Below are positions 1 through 7,193 of a stretch of 37,524 nt of DNA, one piece after another. Both the position numbers and the translations under genes were made by a program. A model generated the notes under the pieces. That model was given only the letters and a program-made list of their open reading frames with translations. It made no database searches and was not told where the DNA came from. How positions within the stretch are numbered: position 1 is the first letter of the stretch; each line of letters begins with the position of its first letter. Location of the stretch: contig JBNJGH010000022.1 of the NCBI GenBank assembly GCA_051747585.1, positions 2,928-40,451 of the forward strand, in the 5' to 3' direction. The stretch comes from Candidatus Rifleibacteriota bacterium. GTDB taxonomy: Bacteria; Muiribacteriota; Ozemobacteria; Ozemobacterales; Ozemobacteraceae.

Positions 1-217
1 ACATCATCAGCTACAGAGCCCGATTGTGCAACGTCATCTGCCATTCCTCCACCCATTGGATTAGGACTTGCTGCTACGTCATCTGCAACCGATCCGGCTG
101 CGGCTACATCGTCTGCAGTAGACCCGGCTGCAGCTACGTCATCTGCTGTCGAGCCGGCAGCAGCAACATCGTCTGCGGTAGATCCGGCATTAGCTACATC
201 GTCAGCAACCGAACCTG
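1..217 (-). repeat. 30-bp imperfect coding tandem repeat (ADDV units)
   Basis: Recurring acatcgtc/acgtcatc every 30 bp, with mostly synonymous variation between units. Confidence 0.85.
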
Positions 218-482
218 CTGAACCAGAACTACCAAAAACCAGCTTGGTATATTGACTCATTTCGAGAGCAACAGGTCGACCATTAACAAATCTTACATTG
301 TAATGACTTACATGAGTTCCTGATCTAACAGAAACCCACTGCCCAGGGGTAACATTAAACGACTGGCCACCCACTCTGACCGGTATGGACTCAACTGCCA
401 TTAACGGCGCTTGAAGGACAACACTGGCCAGAAGAATGAGGCACATCACACGGCTGAGAACTCTAAGCGTATTTTTTCTCAT
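1..482 (-). CDS. Putative exported protein with acidic 10-aa tandem repeats (GS[TV]ADDVAAA); 3' end runs off the window
   Basis: Hand translation from ATG at 482 (GGAG SD at 491-494): MRKNTLRVLSRVMCLILLASVVLQAPLMA (signal-like), then VESIPVRVGG..., then 7 ADDV units; open to position 1. Absent from the ORF track because it is truncated. Confidence 0.85.
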   Translation of the reverse strand, partial: MRKNTLRVLSRVMCLILLASVVLQAPLMAVESIPVRVGGQSFNVTPGQWVSVRSGTHVSHYNVRFVNGRPVALEMSQYTKLVFGSSGSAGSVADDVANAGSTADDVAAAGSTADDVAAAGSTADDVAAAGSVADDVAASPNPMGGGMADDVAQSGSVADD

Positions 483-721
483 TTCACTCACTCCATTCTG
501 GAATTTTCTTTTAGAACAAACACAACGGGGTGTACCGTTGAGCTTTCCTTTAATTGTAATGAAAGTTTAGCTTTCCGCAATAGCTAAAGAGAATATTATT
601 ATAATTTGTCAACTAGAAGAATAATTTTATTCTGTCCCTGAAAAGCCTTTCTATAAAAGCTTGCAAACGATCAAATCAATTATCAAACAATAAATTTTTC
701 AGAAAAAAATTTTTTATTTTT

Positions 722-1855
722 TCAGCTCTTCAAATAAAGATCAATTAAAATTGAAGCCATTGGAATAACAAGCGCCGAAAGCAGCCCTGCAACCTCATTC
801 ATATCAAATGGCCAGGTATTTACACTCTGTAAATGACTTCTGATTTCGATTAAATTCTTAACTTTATGTATATGTTCGTGTGAAATATAGCCACCTGAAA
901 GCAAATTATTCAGTTCAACAGAAACAAGAGAGAGCTTTTTTTCCTTTTCTCTTCTCATGGCACGGTGAATATTATATATAGGATAAAATAAATAGAATAA
1001 AATACCTATGCCAAAGCAGCAAAACCAGGCGATTAAAGAAAAGCCAAAGTCCCATTCTCCAATCTGCCGGGCAAAAATTCCAAGGGAGTACGGAATAATT
1101 ACAAAAAGAGCTGATTGAAGCACAAGTTTACCCAATAATCTGATGCCAGAGTTCTCCTCTTGAATGAGAAGAATATCTAATTCTTCATCTCCCAGCCTCC
1201 GAACAAAAAGAGCAAATTTAAAAAAAACAGCAACAAGACATGCAGTCCAGAAGAGATAAATGGCTTCATAAACAAGAAAAAAAACAAAAGAAGTACTACT
1301 CTTAAATGGCGAACCCACCACAAATTTGTCGCCTAATACTGCGGCAGAACAAACAATCAAAGCGGTAATAAAAGAGTGTCGGTCAGCAAAAATATACCTT
1401 TTGGCTCTATCATAATACTGATAACTTTTTTCCGTAGACCAATTCGTGATCATGGAAATTTCACTGCTGAAATTATTCAGTTTCTTTTCAAACCAGACAA
1501 TTCCGGCTGACGAACAAAACATTTGAACAGCATAAAGAAAAAAAGAAATAAGATAAATTCGTTTCTCATTTGAATAGGTCCAGTAAATTGAAATAAGCGC
1601 AAACAAGAAAATACTCAAAAATAAATATAGATACCAGTATCCAATTCCAGGAATTTTTTCCGCGATTCTCCCCTGAAACGAAAAAAAATTATTATCCATT
1701 TCCTTCGTTTTGCAATAATTCGAAGATTTATTAAGAAATATATCATCAGTAGAAATAATTTTGGTTAACCATTCTCTGCAATGGTGACATTTTTTTGCCC
1801 CCGGATTAACTTTATTCATACAGAAGGGACATATATTTTCATTTTTTACTGACAA
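722..1855 (-). CDS. Multi-pass membrane protein with N-terminal zinc ribbon
   Basis: TTG start with GAGGTG SD; CPFC-x10-CHHC at the N-terminus; about 7 hydrophobic segments; visibly AT-rich. Confidence 0.75.
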   Translation of the reverse strand: MSVKNENICPFCMNKVNPGAKKCHHCREWLTKIISTDDIFLNKSSNYCKTKEMDNNFFSFQGRIAEKIPGIGYWYLYLFLSIFLFALISIYWTYSNEKRIYLISFFLYAVQMFCSSAGIVWFEKKLNNFSSEISMITNWSTEKSYQYYDRAKRYIFADRHSFITALIVCSAAVLGDKFVVGSPFKSSTSFVFFLVYEAIYLFWTACLVAVFFKFALFVRRLGDEELDILLIQEENSGIRLLGKLVLQSALFVIIPYSLGIFARQIGEWDFGFSLIAWFCCFGIGILFYLFYPIYNIHRAMRREKEKKLSLVSVELNNLLSGGYISHEHIHKVKNLIEIRSHLQSVNTWPFDMNEVAGLLSALVIPMASILIDLYLKS

Positions 1856-1888
1856 AAAACACCTCTTTTATTATCACTTTTTTAAAAA

Positions 1889-2809
1889 CTAGCCAGAAAT
1901 CTGCGAAAAATCAACCGCTATTTGGGCACAAACATCTGCATTATTTTTTACCAGCTCAATATTTGTTTTCAAACTTTCTCCCCCCGTCTTTTTCAACAAA
2001 GAATCTAACAAAAATGGGGTTAACTGCTGTCCGCTAATTCCCTGTTCTTGCGCATCCTTAATTGCAAGGTCTATATTTTTCTCTATTTCTACTACAGACA
2101 TTGCATATTTTTCCGGAACAGGGTTTCCTACCAGCACACCCGAACCATAATTCAATTTAATAGAATTATAAAAAATACTGGCGGCCTCAAAGGGAGTGTC
2201 AACTCTGCAGGGAATACCTATGCCGCTTCTGGCATAATAAAAAGCCGGCATTTGATCAGTCTTGTAGCCGATTACCGGTATTCCATTTGTTTCCAGATAC
2301 TCCATAGTTTTTTCTATATCCAAGATAGCTTTAGGGCCGGCACACACAACAAGTACAGGAGTTCTGGAAAATTCTTCGAGATCTGCAGAAATATCCATAG
2401 TTTTTTCAACGCCACGATGTACCCCTCCTATTCCTCCGGTTGCAAAAAATTTTATACCAGCCATAGAGGCGCAAATCATAGTGGCCGAGACAGTTGTTGC
2501 TGCATGCTTTTTCCTGGCCAGAACAGAGGGAATATCTCTTCTTGAAGCTTTGCTTATCTCAGTTCCGCTGGCAAGAAATTCGATCTGATCCTGGGATAAT
2601 CCAACAGAGATTTTTCCATCTATAATTGCAATTGTAGCTGGAACTGCTCCCCTGTTTCTAATAACCTCTTCAAGTTCCATTGCCACCTTAACGTTTTGAG
2701 GATAAGGCATGCCATGGGAAATTATAGTTGATTCAAGAGCAACAACAGGTTTTTTTCCGGCAATTGCATTGCGAACGAATGGATTGATTTCTAAAATTTT
2801 CTTATTCAT
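1889..2809 (-). CDS. psuG: Pseudouridine-5'-phosphate glycosidase
   Basis: VALESTIISHGMPYPQN, ATGGIGGVHRG, DISADL, LTPFLL motifs. Confidence 0.95.
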   Translation of the reverse strand: MNKKILEINPFVRNAIAGKKPVVALESTIISHGMPYPQNVKVAMELEEVIRNRGAVPATIAIIDGKISVGLSQDQIEFLASGTEISKASRRDIPSVLARKKHAATTVSATMICASMAGIKFFATGGIGGVHRGVEKTMDISADLEEFSRTPVLVVCAGPKAILDIEKTMEYLETNGIPVIGYKTDQMPAFYYARSGIGIPCRVDTPFEAASIFYNSIKLNYGSGVLVGNPVPEKYAMSVVEIEKNIDLAIKDAQEQGISGQQLTPFLLDSLLKKTGGESLKTNIELVKNNADVCAQIAVDFSQISG

Positions 2810-2822
2810 TTTTCACCCTGCC

Positions 2823-3269
2823 TCATTGTACAGGCTTATTATATTTGCATGAAAAATTCACGCATTGCCCGGATTTCAAACATCTTCCGCCAACTATTTG
2901 CACAGCCCAGCGGGGAAGCTCATATTCATTTTCGAATTCGGCAAAGACTTTTTCCAGTCGCGCCTTTTCTTCGGGACTTAATTTGACCATATCAGTTGCA
3001 AATTTTGCCTGATTACACCAATAAACATAAGTGACTTCATGAAAATTGTCCGGGTCGATACCTAGCTCAACTTCGTCTCCGCAATTTTCACAGACCAGTA
3101 AAATTAGATTATTTTTATTTTCAATGGCTCTACCGGCACAACCACATTTTTTACAAGACCCGGCATGAACCCAGAATCTTGTAGGTTTTTCAGCTTCTGG
3201 CAAAGGGTCCTGAGCTTCACCTACTCCAATAATAACGACTTTATTTTTATCCATAGGGTTATTAAACAT
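2823..3269 (-). CDS. Hypothetical Cys-rich protein (possible zinc ribbon)
   Basis: 148-aa ORF with CKKCGC, CENC and C-terminal C-x5-C-x4-C; 13 bp upstream of psuG. Confidence 0.7.
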   Translation of the reverse strand: MFNNPMDKNKVVIIGVGEAQDPLPEAEKPTRFWVHAGSCKKCGCAGRAIENKNNLILLVCENCGDEVELGIDPDNFHEVTYVYWCNQAKFATDMVKLSPEEKARLEKVFAEFENEYELPRWAVQIVGGRCLKSGQCVNFSCKYNKPVQ

Positions 3270-3645
3270 TAAAAATACTCTTATTTATGACTTATTTCCA
3301 CAATATTTTAAAAAAATTTCTCCACCCCAAAAGCCGGATTCTAAATAAAAAGTAAGAAATTTTTTTCAAAGATTTAAGAAACAAATTTCAACTTCTTCCT
3401 GTTTTTCATTGTTTGGTAGCAACAACAGTTTTTCATAAAACCATTTTGCTACAAATCACCAAAACAAACCCGCCGCCCTTTTTAAAGTTTTATTTATTCA
3501 ATTTCACTTTCTTACAGAAGAAAGCCTGGTATATTTTTAAAAAATTATTCTTTTTCAAAACGAAATTCAATACATTATATCTCTCAGGCCATTTTATCTA
3601 TTATAAATAAAGCTTTATTTGTTTTTTTAAGAAATTGGCTAAAAT

Positions 3646-3686
3646 AAAAAGCCGGTTTGCAGCTATTTCAGCCTCTGCAAACCGGC
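3646..3686 (-). terminator. Intrinsic terminator after the 3701-5080 gene
   Basis: gccggtttgcag (3651-3662) / ctgcaaaccggc (3675-3686) 12-bp stem followed by a T-tract on the minus strand. Confidence 0.8.
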
Positions 3687-3700
3687 CAACTTTGTAACTA

Positions 3701-5080
3701 TTATGATCTGGAATTCAACCAAGTGCCTGACCTTACAAACTCGCGCATTCTCATACTAAGTCCTCCGCTAACACTGCTTTTCGACGCATCATCAGCAACC
3801 CCGGTGGTGGCATTTGCCTTATGACAACTACTTAACGCCCCCCTGCTTGAATCATTGTCCGGGCTAATTGCTTCTGCTGAATCTAACGAGCTATTTGCAG
3901 ACGATGCATGTCTCTCAAAAAGTCTTTGAGTCATTTGCATTGCATTGCTCTGCACTTTAAGCTTTTGTAACAGGTCATTAATTCTTTTTAAGGCTGGAGA
4001 AACCTTTTCTAATGGCTTCTCAGCCGCTTTTAACTGCTGAAGCCTGCTCTTAGCGTTACTGCTGCTTCTTTTTGCTTTCAACTTTGCCATCCTGGCAAGA
4101 GCTCTGGCGAAAGGTTTCTTTTCTTTGACTTCAGTCTTTGTGGCAACTTCTTTTATTTTCTCAACAGCTCTTTCTTTACTGTCTTTTCCATGTTCTTTAT
4201 GCACGGGGCGAATTGATTCAATAGCATCTAAGCCAGAGCTGATCGAAACCTTCCCCTTAACTCTATCAACCTTAAGAGGGGCTTTAAACCAGTTCCATTC
4301 GGGTGGAACTTCCGTCGGAATCTCTGTGGTTGTTTTTTTGCTCTGAACTTTTCTTCTTTTTGTGGATGGTGCCTTCGCTGCCCTGGCCGGCTTCTTTTTT
4401 TCTACACTCTTCTGCTTAATATCAGCTTCTGGGGCTTTGGGCAGCTCTTCTTCAGGGCTTTGAGACTTTTTTACCTTTACAGGCTTATCCGAAGCTTTTT
4501 TCTGCTTTGTTTCAGATTTTGCAGGTTTTACGATCTCTCGGGCAGCTTCATCTTCTTTGTCTACAACCGGTTCTTTAACTTGAGATTCTTCAACTCGGCC
4601 TTCTTCGACCTCCATAGCGTCTGGGGCTACATCTTCCACGGGCGCAGCAGTCGCAACAACTTTATTTTCTGAATAATCCCGCAACATTTCATCGGGTTCC
4701 TGCAGGCCGATCTCCTGTGAAGAAGCTTTTTCTACCGTATCATCCTTCACCTTCTGCGCAATAACTTTTTTATCTTCCTGCTTTTCTGCTTTTTTGAGAT
4801 CAGCTTTTACTGCCCTGGCTTCAGGTTCTTTAACCGGCTTTTCTATCACCTGACTCTCTTGCTCTTCCTTCGGTGATACTCCAGGTGTAGTTGGAGGCGC
4901 TACAATCTCTGGCGAATTAAGGCCGGGGGGCATAACAGGAGCCTCAAGCGCGGAAGCAACTCCCCTCCCGGGACCTTTTTCAGACCAGAAATACACCGCC
5001 ATAAAACTGGCCGACAGAAGCAAGAACACTCCCGTTGCCAATAAAAACGGCAATTTTTTACGTTTTTTTAGCAGCCCCAT
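3701..5080 (-). CDS. Membrane-anchored Lys/Glu-rich low-complexity hypothetical protein
   Basis: Basic N-terminus plus one hydrophobic helix, long charged region, helical C-terminal motif shared with 19629-20438. Confidence 0.8.
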   Translation of the reverse strand: MGLLKKRKKLPFLLATGVFLLLSASFMAVYFWSEKGPGRGVASALEAPVMPPGLNSPEIVAPPTTPGVSPKEEQESQVIEKPVKEPEARAVKADLKKAEKQEDKKVIAQKVKDDTVEKASSQEIGLQEPDEMLRDYSENKVVATAAPVEDVAPDAMEVEEGRVEESQVKEPVVDKEDEAAREIVKPAKSETKQKKASDKPVKVKKSQSPEEELPKAPEADIKQKSVEKKKPARAAKAPSTKRRKVQSKKTTTEIPTEVPPEWNWFKAPLKVDRVKGKVSISSGLDAIESIRPVHKEHGKDSKERAVEKIKEVATKTEVKEKKPFARALARMAKLKAKRSSSNAKSRLQQLKAAEKPLEKVSPALKRINDLLQKLKVQSNAMQMTQRLFERHASSANSSLDSAEAISPDNDSSRGALSSCHKANATTGVADDASKSSVSGGLSMRMREFVRSGTWLNSRS

Positions 5081-5243
5081 TTAAGAAACCTTTCTATTAA
5101 GAGTAGATCTCTATCGACTCTCTACAGATTAAATAAAGTGTTTAAACCTTTAAGAGAAGTCAAGTCAAACTTACAAGAAATCCAACTCCTGAAGTAGAAC
5201 CCGGACTGTGTACAGACAATATTCTCTTGATTATCTTAAAAAT

Positions 5244-5810
5244 TCAGTTTTTGGTTCTTTCAAGATAATCTCCGGTCCGTGTATCTACCCTGATAAATTC
5301 ACCGGATTCTATAAACATGGGTACATTAACTACGTGGCCGCCTTCGCAGGTTACAGGCTTATTTCCACTTGTAGCAGAATTCCCTTTTACATTGGGTGGA
5401 GCCTCAATAACCTCCAGGTCAACGCTTGGAGGCAATTCAACTCCAATTGCAATTCCCTCATAAACCTTAACATAAACTTCCATTTCTTCTTTCAGAAACT
5501 TTATCTGGTCACCTATGACCTGATCTTCCATTTCAAGCTGTTCAAAAGTTTCTGTATCCATGAAATGCAACAAGTTGGCAGACTTGTATAAATACTGCAT
5601 CAGCCTGGACTCGACTATTGCTTCATCCACCTTTTCAGTTGTCTGAAAACGCTGCTGAAAGATAGCACCAGTCTTAAGATTTTTGAGTTTTGTCTGTGCC
5701 ATTGCCCGCCAGTTACCCGGTCGAACAAATTCAACGTCTACTACCTGGCAGAGGTCGTTATTATGCATAATAACCATGCCTTTTCTAAGATCATTTGCAG
5801 TCATTGCCAT
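5244..5810 (-). CDS. efp: Translation elongation factor P
   Basis: MTANDLRKGM, KLKNLKTG, MQYLY, PNVKGNSA, VPMFIESGE-IRVDTRTGDYLER; start moved to ATG 5810 behind an AGGAG SD. Confidence 0.95.
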   Translation of the reverse strand: MAMTANDLRKGMVIMHNNDLCQVVDVEFVRPGNWRAMAQTKLKNLKTGAIFQQRFQTTEKVDEAIVESRLMQYLYKSANLLHFMDTETFEQLEMEDQVIGDQIKFLKEEMEVYVKVYEGIAIGVELPPSVDLEVIEAPPNVKGNSATSGNKPVTCEGGHVVNVPMFIESGEFIRVDTRTGDYLERTKN

Positions 5811-6041
5811 ATTTATATCTCTCCTGGCTGAAATTCTATCGGCAGAGTATACCATATCATGAACCATTAAGACTAAATTTTTACCATTTCTCCAGCTATT
5901 TTAAGTCAACCCTCTGGCAATTCTAAGACAATGATTATCAGCCGGTAAAAAAAAAAGAATTTACCTCACACCAAGCCGCAAAGCCTCTAAGATCACCAAG
6001 AATAAAATAAATAAAAAATGTTGATTAGGTTCGAAAAACCT

Positions 6042-6174
6042 ATAATCGTCGTTTATGTTATTAACAAATATAAGCTTAGGGGCTCAAAATTTTGAGCCCT
6101 TTGTCTTAAATAAAGCATTTTTTACCCTGCCTCTGGAATTCGACTCTTATTTTATTCGGCCGGAGTAACGAAAA
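6042..6174. repeat. Degenerate copy of composite palindromic (REP/MITE-like) element, inverted relative to 24629-24763
   Basis: Matches the reverse complement of 24629-24763 with scattered mismatches; core palindrome gggctcaaaattttgagccc. Confidence 0.9.
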
Positions 6175-6365
6175 CAGGGTAGCTCGACATAACAGGATTT
6201 TGATAGTTATCATAATTTTATTAATCAAATTGCCGATAACGAGAGCGTCTCCGGCGAGGAATTAACAAAAATATGATATGCTGGCTTCGTTTTTATATAG
6301 ATTTATAATTTCAATTTAACTTTCACAAGGCTCCTACCGATAATACTGTTATAAAAGATTTTATT

Positions 6366-7190
6366 ATGGAGGCAACAGTGCTGAATATTATGTTGCAAGG
6401 CATTATTCAGGGATTAACTGAATTTTTGCCTGTTTCAAGCTCTGGACATTTAACTCTTTTCCAGCATTTTACAGGCAAAACCAATCTTGAAGCCAACCTT
6501 CAAACAGACATTGCCGTACATTTCGGCACCTTGCTTGCCGTAATTTTCTTTTTTCGAGCGGATCTGAAGCCATTTTTCACCATTTCCGGCTGGAAAGATG
6601 CAAAAATAAGGCGACTGGCAATGCTCATTGTTTCTGCCAGCGTTCCCACCGCAATTATTGGTCTTGCCTTAAAAGACGAATTCGAAAGTATTTTCACCAG
6701 ACCTTCTCTGGTCTGCTACGCTCTTTTATTTACCGGTCTGCTTTTGTTGCTTTCTGAGCATATCAAAAAAAAGCAAATTCAAAAACAAATTCAGCTTAAT
6801 GAGCTTGGATATTTCAAGGCAATTTTGATTGGTATTGCACAAAGCCTGGCCATCACTCCAGGCATTTCGCGATCGGGCTCTACGATAAGCGCAGGTCTGC
6901 TTGGCGGGCTCAAAGGCGAAGATTCCGCCCGGTTTTCATTTTTATTAATGATACCTGCAGTTGGTGGCGTTACCCTGCTTGAAATTTCTAAAGTTTTATC
7001 CCGCGGCATTGCGGCTGATCTTGCTTATACAGACTTACTTATTGGAATTATAATTTCAGCTGTAACAGGATTTGCTTCACTAAAACTGCTTGTTTTTATT
7101 ATTAAACGACAAAAGCTATCTATTTTTGCATATTACCTTTTTACCCTTTCTTTAATCAGCCTCATCGCGATAAATTATTCCGGGAAATAA
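6366..7190 (+). CDS. uppP: Undecaprenyl-diphosphate phosphatase (BacA)
   Basis: QGLTEFLPVSSSGHL, PGISRSGSTI, ARFSFLL motifs. Confidence 0.95.
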   Translation: MEATVLNIMLQGIIQGLTEFLPVSSSGHLTLFQHFTGKTNLEANLQTDIAVHFGTLLAVIFFFRADLKPFFTISGWKDAKIRRLAMLIVSASVPTAIIGLALKDEFESIFTRPSLVCYALLFTGLLLLLSEHIKKKQIQKQIQLNELGYFKAILIGIAQSLAITPGISRSGSTISAGLLGGLKGEDSARFSFLLMIPAVGGVTLLEISKVLSRGIAADLAYTDLLIGIIISAVTGFASLKLLVFIIKRQKLSIFAYYLFTLSLISLIAINYSGK

Positions 7191-7193
7191 ACA

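Noticed and set aside
1..221. 30-bp periodicity as a CRISPR array, and the plus-strand Cys-rich 65-aa ORF
   Set aside because: There are no unique spacers. Variation is synonymous in the minus-strand frame, which has an SD and signal peptide, so the plus ORF is its shadow.
484..721. Small hairpins upstream of the repeat gene as a riboswitch
   Set aside because: No conserved riboswitch motif that I can recognise; the stems are short
5811..5867. N-terminal extension of EF-P in the ORF track
   Set aside because: A strong SD precedes ATG 5810, where EF-P similarity begins
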